Program-made: the position numbers and the translations under genes
NCBI GenBank assembly: GCA_964016885.1
Contig: CAXHJY010000437.1
Location: forward strand, 124,001 to 188,000
Length of the DNA stretch: 64,000 nt
Reading direction: 5' to 3'
Source of the DNA: Eledone cirrhosa
Taxonomy: Eukaryota
Shown here: piece by piece, positions 28,071-40,698 of the stretch
Layout of the letters: each line of letters begins with the position of its first letter
Position numbering within the stretch: the first letter of the stretch is position 1
Notes under the pieces: model-generated
Seen by the model: the letters and a program-made list of their open reading frames with translations, nothing else
Told to the model about the DNA's origin: nothing
The model's database searches: none

Positions 28071-29278
28071 TACATACATATATATATAATCTTCTTCTTT
28101 ATATGTCTTGGAACTCAAGCATATTAAATGGTGGAATTGGGGACCATTTATCTTTCAGATTTCAGAAGAGATAGCTTTTGATTTAGAAATCTTATTCACC
28201 ACTGCCAACAACCCCAAACCAGTTAGGCAATGAAGGACCCTTTATGTCATCAATTATCCTGTTAGAAAATGCAGTTAAATTCCCCAATCATATCCTATCA
28301 TAAAAAAGTAGGATACTTTAGATAATGTATTCTTTGATATACTATGCCTTAAAATAAAAGACAGCATGGCCATGGTCAGAATGCCTAAAACTAGATTAAA
28401 AGCTGAAAAAGCCAGAAGATCAGTGGTCATGTGGTTAAATGTTTGCTTCACTATCATATCATACAAGAGGGTAAAACACTTTCTTAAAGTGCTGCACTTA
28501 GGGATCTTACTCTCTTGTATAATAAGATAGTGAAGATGATAATGATATTGTTTTGTGTATATGTCTCTCTGTGTGTAGCATTGTGAGATGTCAGAATCAG
28601 TAAAGTATTGAGCAAAAATAAATCATGGTATTTCATGATATCTTCATACATTTTACTTACGTCCCTTTTTCATTCAAGTTTACTTTGCTCCCCTCCTTTT
28701 CTGAATGCAATAAAATAAATCTGAAAGTATGTAGTGTGTAGTGAGTGAAGAGGTGTGAGGATCATATAATTAACTAAAAAAAAACCTTTGATGGCAGTGC
28801 TCCAACATGGCCGCAGTTCAATGACTAAAATGAGTAAAAGAATAAATAAATCATATTTCATATGTAAGTGAAGGGGAATAGAGGAAATTGAAAAGTAAGT
28901 CAATAAATAAATGCATAAAGGAAAAATATAAATAGATAAAAGTAAATGGGAAAGAGAAAAATGAAAGAAAAATAGTAAAAAATAGAAATGGTATGAGAAT
29001 ATATTGGCCTCCTATATGTTATCTGAAAGGTTATCATGAAATTGAAATGAAAGCACATTACATTGCAAAATATTCATTCACTCACACAAACATGCATGCC
29101 ACTTACCTTTATTATTTGTCTAGGATGTATATGTATGTGTATGTATCCTTGTATATTTGTGCGTTTGCATATATATATTTACAAAATGAAAAAATATATA
29201 TACAAATATGTACATACACATATATGAATAAAAAAAATTACACATTTATGAACAAATACATGCACACACACATACACA

Positions 29279-29321
<43 letters not shown>

Positions 29322-29666
29322 TGGAGGCACATGGCTTAGTGGTTAGAGCATTGGCCTTGCAATCCAAAGGCTGTGAGTTCAATTCTCAGACTGGGTGATG
29401 TGTTGTTTCCTTGAGCAAGACACTTTATTTCACATTGCTCCAGTTTACTCAGCTGTAGAAATGAGATGATAGGGACTGGGGTCCCTATCATACCACTGCA
29501 AAGTAGTCGTGAAGGTGCCACGGCAAAAAAGCACCCAGCACTCACTGTAAATGAGGTTGGTGTTAGGAAGGGCATCCAGCTGTAGAAATCAAGCCAGCAT
29601 CAGTTCCCAACCCACCCTTGCAAGCAGGGAAAAAGCGGACGTAAAATGAAATGAAATGATGAAATG
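29322..29666 (+). mobile_element. SINE family A, full length
   Basis: Near-identical to 15355-15700. Confidence 0.92.
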
Positions 29667-30076
29667 ATATATAGTGTGTGTATGTGTGTGTGCATGTATT
29701 TGTTCATAAATGTGTAATTTTCTTTTATTCATATATGTGTATGTGCATATTTGTATATATATCTTTCCATTTGGCAAATATATATATGTATTATATATGT
29801 TAATTTTATATTTAAAGTATTTTTTATGACATTATCTTTGATGAAAAAGAATGAAAGGAAAGTCTGGCAGAATCAATCCTAATGTGATATATCTGGAATA
29901 AATTCTTGAAATTGAATAAATTTGCATGTCATGTGGAGGAGTACGCTACCCAAAATATTAGAAGTAACATCTCATAAAAGTACACGATCATATTGAATTT
30001 TTTTTTTTTTTCAGAATCTTATTAACTGATTTTTTTGCAACATAGACCAGTAGTTTAGTTTTATTTTATTCTATTT

Positions 30077-30147
<71 letters not shown>

Positions 30148-30944
30148 ATTTATGACTTGGCCAAGAAAGGAATGGCATTGTTAATTACCATTTGCATAAT
30201 TTTCATATTTCCATAACTACATAAACGAAAATCATAAAATAAATTTTAAAATGCACCATGAGTTGTAGCCAGAATCAGAGACATAGAAATATCAAATTAT
30301 CCACAGATTTGATTCCTGGACTTGGTGGAAAGTTATGTTCTTGAGCAAAATGCTTTATTTCATGCTGCTCCTTCTGGCCAGCAGATAGTATCAACAATTG
30401 AAAGACAATCAGCTCCTTCTATTTAATGTCTCTCTCTACTTGTTAATACTCATCATCATTGTTTTACATCTGTTTTTCCATGCTAGCATGGATTGGATAG
30501 GTTGTTACAGACCAAGTCATTACTTAATCTCAGCTACTGTCCTCCTAAACCAGCTGAGGGCCATCTTATGTATGTTCCAGTTTTAGCATGATTTCTACAG
30601 CTGTATGCTCCTTTTAATGCCATCCACTTTACAGAGAGTATTATGTGTATTTTATTGTAGCATCCGAACCATGAAGTTGTTATACTCCTGACACAACTGA
30701 ATCCTCCTCACCTCTTAGCCTTTAAATCACTACTAGTAATGATATTAACATTAATTTATACTAGAAGAATCCATGAAAATTCCACATTTTATAGATGTTC
30801 TTATATTTTGATGCATAAAGTTATAGATATTCGTAACAATGTTTCATTGTGATACTCATTTCAATTATATTCAATTTCCTTCTATAGTTAAAGTTATTTC
30901 CTTCTGGTAAAAATTTCAAGTATGTTTTCAATTTCATCATATAA

Positions 30945-31130
30945 TTAATTGTTTCTACTTTAGGCACAAGGCCAGCAATTACCCAGTGCATTACTGGTAC
31001 TTTATTTTATCGACCCCGTAAGGATGAAAGGTAATCCTCAGCGGGATTTGAACTCAGATCATAAAGGGACGTAACTATGCTGGAAAGCATGGCGTCCGAC
31101 CCTCTACCGATACTGCCAATCCACCGCCCT
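30945..31130 (-). mobile_element. SINE family B
   Basis: Matches 7449-7635. Confidence 0.9.
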
Positions 31131-31454
31131 TTATAATTAATATTGTTAATAATGTAACACTTGAACTTATTTTATTGTTAGAATTGTTGATTATATCTTT
31201 GACTCCATTCCATAGAGAGGGTTATTTAAAGTGTGATGTTCCTATTTGTTTCATTATGTTAACGTCTTCAATTTTGATTCATTGTTAAAGTTACTTAAGA
31301 CATAACACCACTGGAACAGATTGTGACAAGCAAAATAATATAGTTTATCAAAAGTCAACTGGTGGGTAGAGAGAGTAGAACACCTAACTAAATGTATCTT
31401 AATTAACTATCTTAATTAACTACTTCCATTCAGACCAATCTCACAAACCTCAAG

Positions 31455-31905
31455 CCAACAAGGAAACCTCATTGTGATTGCATAACTTGCTGGAAATAAC
31501 CACAAAATTTCTCTCTGTTTCCATCCCATGTTCTAAAAGAAGGAAAGGTATATTGGATAATGTATTCCATGGTACACTGTCTAGAAAAATAGATGGCATT
31601 ATCATGCTGGAATGTCTGATACAAGTCTGCTCGATCAACATCTATACCTGGTTGACCTTGGACTAAACAACAATAATAACCTGACGCATCTCAATCCAAC
31701 AAAAGAACCTCTACATGACTGCTCAACTTACAGACAAATAGCAGCCAAATTTTCTCAAATCAATCATTACCAACCATTTCAGATATCACATTGAATGGTC
31801 CTGTGTTCCTTGCACATCAAAAATACATAGGATGGTCATGGCTGGAATGCTTTTAATCATAGGTCTGATCAGTCAGGGATGACCAGGGATTAAACAACAA
31901 CAACA
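31455..31905 (+). repeat. Two tandem degenerate copies of an older SINE-like repeat with (CAA)n tail
   Basis: Similar blocks ..CATGCTGGAATG / CATGGCTGGAATG..TAAACAACAA; related remnants near 380-745 and 28270-28450. Confidence 0.55.
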
Positions 31906-32154
31906 AACTTACATACCTATCAAAATTGTGTTATAAATCATTATTTCATTTTATTCTTCTATTTTTTATGAATTCAAAAGGTTGATTTTGCTGTTCATGT
32001 CCCCACCTCTGGCATCCAAGGTTGATAACATCATTACAAACACCAGTAGTATGTTGTAGGGAAAGGGGTAGATGTGTGTAGAGAGAGAAAGGGTAGGAGC
32101 CAAGGGGTGGTGGTGGAGAAAGGGAGGGGATAATGTAACTGACTACCACCACAC

Positions 32155-32196
<42 letters not shown>

Positions 32197-33060
32197 TTGC
32201 TACCGAATGTTGACTTTCTGCCCAGTCAAGAGAAATCAATATTATTGAGTGGTAAGATAAAGGGAAGGTCAATATTCAAGCTGCAATAACTTTGCTGCGA
32301 ACACGGAATGTGTGGCTGTATAGGTGCTTGGCTGGGTGGCTGGGTGTTTGCTAAGAAGCAAACCTTTTCCTATATTTATATTGCCTATCCAATGGAACAA
32401 TTTGCTGTAGATAATAGATTAAAAATGTGCTATTTATATTTATATCTGGCTTAAAGCATTCATCAGTTTTCTCATTTATTCCTTGGTATATAAATACATG
32501 AAGTTTAATATATACTTACATGTATATATAGGTGTATATGCCTGTGCATGTGTTTAACCACATAAGTGTGTGTATATATATGTGTGGTGTGTGTGCATGT
32601 ATGTGTATATATATATATGTGTGTGTGTGTGTGTGAATATGTATATAGATATATGTGTGTGTGTGTGTGTGTGTGAATATGTATATAGATATATGTGTGT
32701 GTGTGTACGTGTGTATACATATGAGTGTCATCACCACCATCGTCATCAACATTATTTTATTCCTCCTTTTCCTTGCTTGCATGTATTGGATGGTCTTTTA
32801 GGTCCATATCGTCTTGTGCACACATTAACAGAAACCAAGCAAATTTGGTGCTGTGTATGTCTTACAGTGGGAACTTGGTGTGTTTTATTGTCACTGGAAA
32901 GAACTAGAGAGATTGCCTCTTGCTAGGATAAATAAAAGCCCTTTCCTCTTGTAGTTCTTATTCAGAGTTATTACCCTTGGGTAGCCTACAGGTTTTGGAG
33001 GCCATGTTTCACCCATACATTCCATTTTTACAGTGAGTGTGTATATATATATGTGAGTGC

Positions 33061-33106
<46 letters not shown>

Positions 33107-33155
33107 AAGTAATTAAGTCAAATATTTAAGATTTGGCTTTGTTTATTAAAGATGT

Positions 33156-33210
33156 ACTGCTATATATATTTCGGTGACAGCCATCATTGGCTGTGACCTC
33201 TTCAGGCAGT
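33156..33210 (-). ncRNA. Type I hammerhead ribozyme in a ~220-bp insert between (TA)n tracts
   Basis: Minus: actgc CTGAAGA ggtcacagcca atga tggctgtcacc GAAA TATATA TA gcagt; complete core, 5-bp stem I, AATAAA just downstream. Confidence 0.85.
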
Positions 33211-34189
33211 TCGAATTGGTGTGGTAGAGACAGGTACACATGTTGTTAAAGTGTTTTACTCCGTCAATACTCCGATATGTCCAGCTGCTGGTTGGGTTGT
33301 TATTTCTCTGAGGAACTGGAATCATATATATATATATATTGTAAAATATATATATATATATATATAAATTGTTACACTTTGGGAGGGTTACGCTGCCAAT
33401 AAAAGCACATACACCTGTTGGTTTTCACTTCAATTTATTATAAATTTCCAGTTGATTAGTTTAATAACTGGATGGTTGTTTATTTATTGTCAAAGTTCTT
33501 TCATCACACCTCCTCAGTGACTAATATATTTTGTGTCCCTCCTTTGGTCTTTCCTACATCATCTTGTTTTTGTGTGACATTTTGGTTTTATACTGGTAAA
33601 TGGGTCTTCTTTCGTTCCACATATTACCAATCAACACAGTCCTTTGTCACTACTACTTCATCCAATGTATTCTTAGGTCTTCCCTTCCACTGGTCCCAGC
33701 CACTGAGATTTCTCTGAACTTTAAACAGTATCATTTTTCATATGTATAACCTGTTCATATCAGCACTGTCTACTCTCTTACGTACTACATCAGATTCCTC
33801 TTATACATGTTATCATTATTTTTGCATACTAATTATGAACATCTACTTGAGCATGCTCCAAGAGATACAGAGTTTGATTCTTCATAGCAGCTACTGACCA
33901 CTTTTTTCTGTCTATAGGGGTATTTTACATGATTTTCTAAGCTATTATTTATAGCAATCAATGAACTGCAGAGAATCATACTATCCACCCATCCCCTTAT
34001 CTATAGCCTATTTTGAAATAGGAATGTTATATAACAAACTTACTACCTAAGTTGCTGTCTGATGAATTCATGTTGGTGGCTGCATGATTATAAATGCCAC
34101 AGAAATATGTATTGTGGCAGATTCTGAATAAAATTGAGCTATGAATTTCTACATCTGGTCTTTGCAATTATCATTATTGTGTATATATA

Positions 34190-34380
34190 TGGTGGATTGG
34201 CAATATCGGTAGAGGGTCTGACGCTATGCTTTGCAGCAAAGAGTTACGGCCCTTTATGGTCTGAGTTCAAATCCGCCGAGGTTAACTTTGTCTTTCATCC
34301 TTACGGGGTTGATAAAATAAAGCACCACTAATACACTGGAATAATAGCTGGCCTTGTGCCAAAAGTAGAAACAATTATTG
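34190..34380 (+). mobile_element. SINE family B
   Basis: A/B boxes, central block and tail as at 8146-8345. Confidence 0.88.
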
Positions 34381-34520
34381 TGTATATATAATTCCTTGGA
34401 ATCTTTCTTTGAGATTCTTCTGCAGGTGGGATGCCACATGTCTGAGATTTTCTCAGACATGGCATCTATATTTTTGTTAGTAATATATATAGCATCATTA
34501 TTACTGTTTTATGTCACATG

Positions 34521-34757
34521 TATATACACATGCCACATCCAACCCATACCAGCTTGTAAAATGACATAAAACAGTAATAATTGTTTCTACTATAGGCACA
34601 AGGCCAGCAATTACCCAGCACATTACTGGTACTCGATAAAATAAAGTACCAGTAATGTGCTGGGTAATTGCTGGCCTTGTGCCTAAAGTAGAAACAATTA
34701 TTACTGTTTTATGTCATTTTCCAAGCTGGTATGGGTTGGATGTGGCATGTGTATATA
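34521..34757. repeat. Inverted duplication, 113-bp arms, 11-nt spacer
   Basis: 34521-34633 vs 34645-34757; arms contain a LINE-like tail plus a SINE B tail. Confidence 0.92.
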
Positions 34758-37072
34758 ATTGTACTTTTATTGCCTTACCTCACACACACAGACTCAAACA
34801 TGTATACCTTATATCTCTCTTGTCTTGTGCCCTAGAGTTCTGTGGTTGCTTCATTGTTATAGTTGTCTTTCCCGTTTATGGAAAAGGCCTTTGGCACTTA
34901 TTCAAGTGTTTGAGTTAATGTTCTTTCCATTGTCATAAAAGAGATATTAGAACAGCTACAAACTCTGTTACTTGTGAAACTATTATCCATGAAGAGAAGA
35001 CAGGGACAGTTTGTTATATACCAATACACTGAATTGGACCTCTGCCAAACACCACTGAACTAATGTACTTTTTATTGTTTCTTGTTTCTTCCATTTCTTT
35101 TGATTTAATTTTCCTTCTCTATGTCTTAGACTTACTAACCCCTCAAAATAAAGAATGTCAAACATAGAAGGGGGAACTTCTGCACTATAGTTTGAGGAGT
35201 TTATCTACTAGAAATAACAGCTAAATTTCCTTCAAATCACATATTACTCTCTTTCAAAAAGGTCACATTTGATGAATGTCTTCATATTCTTTTACTTGTG
35301 TCAGTCTTTGAATTGCAGCCATGCTAGTGTACCACCTTCAAGGATATACTCAATCATACCAACTCAAATCCTTTCTTTATCAATCTCTATTTGTAAAACT
35401 GCTAAGTTATAAGATATTATGAAACACCTGTTGTTAAGCTGTGTAGACGTAAACTAGTACATAGATATACACACACACACATGCATATGTTGTCACCACT
35501 GCTACACTCACACCTTCATGCAGGAGTACACACACCCCTACAGGCGCCTGCCCACTTCACTCCTCTTGATAAACCTCTCTCGTTTTCCTTTTTTCTCTTT
35601 TTTTTTTTCCAGCTTCCCCTCTCTTAACTTGTTTTTTTTAACCTAACATAAATAAATGAAAAGCTGTACTCTAATTATATATGTGTATTAACTTCCAAAT
35701 TACCTGTTGATTGCTCTTTTTATTTGCTTGTACTCACACCTGTTTATATATTGTTACTGGTTGAGCATTCAATAAAAACAGAACTTAATACCAACAGTAG
35801 AGTTAGATATGATCTTTATACAATACTTAAGATGTCTACATTCTCCTCAAGTTTCATGGATTAACTGTGATTTGAACACTAATAGTGTACAAATCTTTCT
35901 GTCATCCAGTCTATGGACCAAATTAAAATGGTTAACATTTCCTTGCCTGATTGAATGGCACAAAGTTGAACCCACAACCAATTCATGGAACTTAAATAGC
36001 ATTTGTATAACTTAAGTATTGTATTATGTGTGTGTGTGTGTGTGTGTGTGTGTATTCGTTAATGAGATAGTTTGATGTAAGTTCTTATATAAAGATTTTG
36101 GCAAATATTTTCTTCAAAACATTCGAGAATGGTTTAATGTAAAGCATTAGATAATGTCTTATAAAGATTTATAGAATTAGGTTTAGACAAGATTTTAATA
36201 TGAATGTTTGGAAAGTTTATAGAAGTCACCTTAACCTCTTGTTAGTAAGGTAAAGGAAGCATAAGGTGACAGGGTGTATCTTGAGGAAGTGTAGATACCC
36301 TGTTCATTGCTACAAATAAATATGTCTGGCAGCAGTCACCATAAAAAAAAAACACAGTAAAACAATGAGAACTAATTCTATATTTTCTAGTACAGTAAAA
36401 ATAAGTAAATAATATAATAGCAATACAAATAAATATAAAACAATATAAAAGAAATAAAAATATTTCATGTCCTCTTCTTTCTATTGATGGTTGTATAAAG
36501 TATTAATGGCCCTTTTCTGGAAACAAAAGAAAAAATATAATGAGGATATGGTAGTGGTGGAGGTTGTTGTGGTGAGGAGTTATGTGGCAGGACATAATGC
36601 TAAAGAAATGGTTTCTTTTTTGTTTTCAGAAGTAATATTCAATATTTTTTCCATTCTTTTCCCATCTTCATTTTTTTCTTGTATCTCATCTTTTTAAAAA
36701 TATTTTCATTGTTCTTCTTTTTGTCCTGTCTCCTCACCTTTTATCCAGTGATCTAACTCTTTTATAGTTCAGGGAGACTTTAATGTTCATAAAGTGTTGA
36801 ATGAGACTTATCAGTAATGTGTGGTGGGATCTTTTATTTATTAATTTATGTTTTTAGATTGTTCTTCTCCACTTCCACCTTCCACTGATTTGAGAATGTG
36901 CCAGGTTTTTAGTGGTGAAGGGCAGATGAGAAAGTATCCGTTCTTTATAATATTTTACTTGCACAAAATTTGAAAGCAAAACACATTTGATTTCACAAAA
37001 AAACATTAGCTGGTACAAAAATGATATAGTATTTCCAATAGTCATTTATTTTTCTGTTGTTTTTGTTGTTGT

Positions 37073-37230
37073 TGAGTTCAAATCCTGCCAACATTAGCTT
37101 GGCCTTTCATCCTTACAGGGTCAATAAAATAAAGCACCAGTAATGCACTAGGGTTGATTTAATCGACTTTCCCCTCCCCCAAAAATTGTTGGCCTTGTGC
37201 CTAAATCTGAAAGCATTATTATTATTATTA
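37073..37230 (+). mobile_element. SINE family B, 5'-truncated
   Basis: B box, central block, (ATT)n tail. Confidence 0.8.
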
Positions 37231-37654
37231 TAAGTAGTAGTATAATTGTTGTTTTTGCAATATCATGTACTAAGGACTACAAATTTTTGGTACAAGTGAG
37301 AAATTACAACACAACAACACATCATCTCCCATAATGGATGATGCTAAAAGTTGGCAGATTACAACAGACATTAGATCATTACTACTTGTAAATAATGGAT
37401 GTATCTAAATCATTAAATTATGTTTTTTGTTTTGCTTTTTATCTGTAGTTAATTTTTAGTGGTGATGGAACAAGTTTCAACATTTGTCTCCTAATGGTTT
37501 GTAACATAGGTTGTGTAGTAAAAGAGACAAAAAGCAATTCTTTGTTTGAAGTGTTACAAATTGATTTTATACAAAAGTCATGTTTTATAATGTACATGTA
37601 ATACTAGTAGAGTAGTCTCTCTTTGTGTAACACTGTGACTGTGTGTGCGTGTAT

Positions 37655-37710
<56 letters not shown>

Positions 37711-38017
37711 TGTATATATAGTGTATTTTGCAATACACTGTATGCTTAATAAAAAGCATTTTGAAGACCTTATGCTATTGTTTTAGAGTAGTGACAGACT
37801 CACTTACTTTAATTTCAGCAAACAGAGGGAGATAAAGCTGATAAGGCCTTGTTTCTGCATTTATTGATGCTTATCAAAGCCAACTACTCCTCCCGTTTGC
37901 TGAAAATCCTGGATGTTTTGGTTCTTATAGAATTCTAGTAAATAATCAGGAACTGATCATACAGAGCGGTTGCCGGTCAAGCAGAAATTAAAAATTAGAA
38001 TTGTTGCTCTGAAATAG

Positions 38018-38057
<40 letters not shown>

Positions 38058-38584
38058 GAAGATAGGTTGAATTAAACTTTGTGTATATTACATTGAACAC
38101 TCAATAAATTTCTCTTTTTGACCAATTCTTCCTGCCTAGTTATTCTTGTTTTTGCTGGTACCATACTTATATATATATATAGAGAGAGAGATAATTTAAT
38201 ATATCTACTAACATAAGCGCACAGATGTACGCTAATGCCAGCAAATACACAGGTTATGTCATAGTACCTAGGTGGTTCAATGCAGGAAGATGCAGAACAA
38301 TAATATAAAAGACGTAAAATAAGAAAATTTTTAAAAAAAATTAAAAAAAAAATTAACTTACTTAAATTTTCACTCCAACTAATTAGTTTCTGCAATGGGA
38401 TAAAGACAGTTACGTAATGAACTGTTGAGAATTTCATTGCGTCATCAGGGAGATCATTCTCATCCAAGTCTCCAGGCAATGCGCGGACACTGGGGACTCA
38501 TATAAAAATAATAATAATTCGGTAAATGGAACAGCTATCGAGGACTGGATTCCAGGTACTGAAAATTATATATATATATATTTG

Positions 38585-38793
38585 ATATAGAAAAGACTTC
38601 TACAGGACTAGAACTGTTTCATTCGATGGAAATCATCAGGAAAGCCAACTGTCATTGTGGTTGGCGTCCTGATGCTTTCCTTCGAATAAAACAGTTCTAG
38701 TCCTGTAGAAGCCTTTTCTATATTAAATATTGTATATACTCTATGTATTGAGTACCCTACTTACTGTGGTTACCCCCAATTGAACCCGGGATA
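38585..38793 (+). mobile_element. Fold-back PLE-like element (imperfect arms 38585-38649 / 38660-38723) plus tail
   Basis: Inverted repeat visible; tail TACTCTATGTATTGAGTACC..CTTACTGTGGTTA..AACCCGGGA matches 15191-15250. Confidence 0.72.
38597..38644 (-). ncRNA. Type I hammerhead ribozyme motif
   Basis: Minus: ctttc CTGATGA tttccatcgaat GAAA cag ttctagtc ctg TA gaag; plus-arm copy has mutated core. Confidence 0.65.
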
Positions 38794-39109
38794 CACACAC
38801 ACACTCACACACATATATACAGTTCTATATCAGCGAGACACGGTCACCTGACCAATCTTGCCTCAAGTAGGACAATCCCATCTAACACATGCTAGCATTG
38901 AAAATGGATGTTAAACGATGATGATATATATATATAAGCAGGTCTTCAAAGAAGAAACCCCAACTTAAGCAAGTGTTTTGGCCCTTATAGAAGTTAAGGG
39001 TTGAAATACTTGCTTGAGGGGAGTTTCTTCTCTGAAGACCTTTTGCTGTTCAGCTCGCCTGAGAGTTTCTTACCACTGTACATTAGTGAAGGCCGTATGA
39101 AGTTGTGAA

Positions 39110-39425
39110 TAAATTTATTCAGCTATTATGCTCCCATGACTTTCGGAAACATTTTTTCACGCTCAGAGTTGCTGAAGCATGGAACAAACTGCCTGCGTCA
39201 GTTGTTAGCTGCCGAGACACTGCATCCTTTAAAACCCTCATGCTTCCCAAAATTCTGATGTACCCCTTCCATACACATGCACACATGTGTATATCATGAC
39301 TCATGCACTGTTCATTTTCCTGACGTTTGTACATTACTCTATGTACTATACATAACTTTTTGATGAGTTATAGTGCACCTGAACACTGTACACAATATTT
39401 TCATTATTATCATTATTATTATTAT
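39110..39425 (+). mobile_element. CR1/L2-group LINE 3' fragment
   Basis: RKHFFTLRVAEAWNKLPASVV..TASFK C-terminal motif; (ATT)n tail. Confidence 0.8.
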
Positions 39426-40245
39426 ACTTGTGTGTGTGTGTGTATATATATATATGTGTGTGTGTATATATATGTGTGTGTGTGTGTGTCATCTGCAAAT
39501 TCCAGCCAACTATCCTCAATACCACTTCCTACCTAGATGTTTGTCAATCTTGAAGATTTTGAACAGGAAAGGTGACAGTATGTATCCTTGGTGGAGTCCA
39601 ACACCCACATTGCTGGTGTCTAATAAAATGTTATTATTATTTTTACCATTCTTAGTACTTCATCAATGGCCTTGTTTTTCTGTCCATGATATTTTCAAAA
39701 TAGAATTATCTTATATACAGATATGTAGTTAAAGCTATTGAGAATTTAGATGGCCCTTGGTAGTGATATAGTGTAACACAATCAGTGAACGGGACAGACA
39801 CAATCAAACTTAGTCTACAGCTTTACTAGTTACAACCCTATTAGCAGACAGCAATAAAACGTAATACTATGAAAACAGAAAGAGTAAGAATATACAAAAA
39901 GCAAATTAGGATAATAAAAACAGCTACAGCATTACATTAGTCAGTTATTTGTTTGGATGTAGTTTCCACTGTGTTTGATATGGTTTGGTGACTGGAGCAT
40001 TAAGTTACGCTACAGATCTCAGGAAACAGGTTTAATTCAGATTCTTGTATAATTGTCTCCTATGTGGATTATTGACAGGTGGTGTGATGTGTATGATGTG
40101 TATATATATGTGTGTGTGTGTATAACATCCAATCTTTCTCTCTATATATATATATATCTGTGTATGTATGTATATATAATATATACATGTATATACATAT
40201 ATATGTATGTACATATATATGTATTTATACATATATACAGAAGAA

Positions 40246-40642
40246 CCACCTTGCCTAAGTACAAAGCGAAACCTACAGTCAGTAGGCACCTCTTAACCAA
40301 AATACACCCCGTCCCAACCCTACCGCCACCGCCACCTACACCACCCCTTTTGATGTAAAGCTATGTTGGTACCACAACATCCAGTCCTAAATAAATGAGG
40401 TCGTGTAGGTGTCACGACAAAAAAACACACAGTCCACGCTGTAATGTGGCCGTGTAGGTAACATGGTAAAAACCTCCCTGTCCACTCTGTAAACGTGGTT
40501 GGTGTTAGGAAGGGCATCCAGCCATAGAAAACCCCCCAGACAGTCCTGAGCAAGACAACCAATCTTGCCTCAAGTGGGACAATTCCCGTCCAGACCCATG
40601 CTAGCGTGGAAAATGGACGTTAAACGATGATGATGATGATGA
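40246..40642 (+). mobile_element. RTE LINE 3'UTR fragment
   Basis: Homologous to 47695-48094; (GAT)n tail. Confidence 0.9.
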
Positions 40643-40698
40643 TATTTGTGTGTGTGTGTGTGTGTGTGAATGGTATGTGAGTTTATGAATTATGTATG

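Noticed and set aside
28159-28233. Possible exon after TTTCAG (ISEEIAFDLEILF..)
   Set aside because: No good donor, stop codon follows, no recognisable protein
34059-34125. Hammerhead-like CTGATGA..TAAA TGCCACA/TGTGGCA as a functional ribozyme
   Set aside because: GAAA and UH positions are mutated; at most a decayed copy
36055-36330. Possible degenerate non-LTR RT fragment on minus strand
   Set aside because: No diagnostic motif readable; too decayed to call
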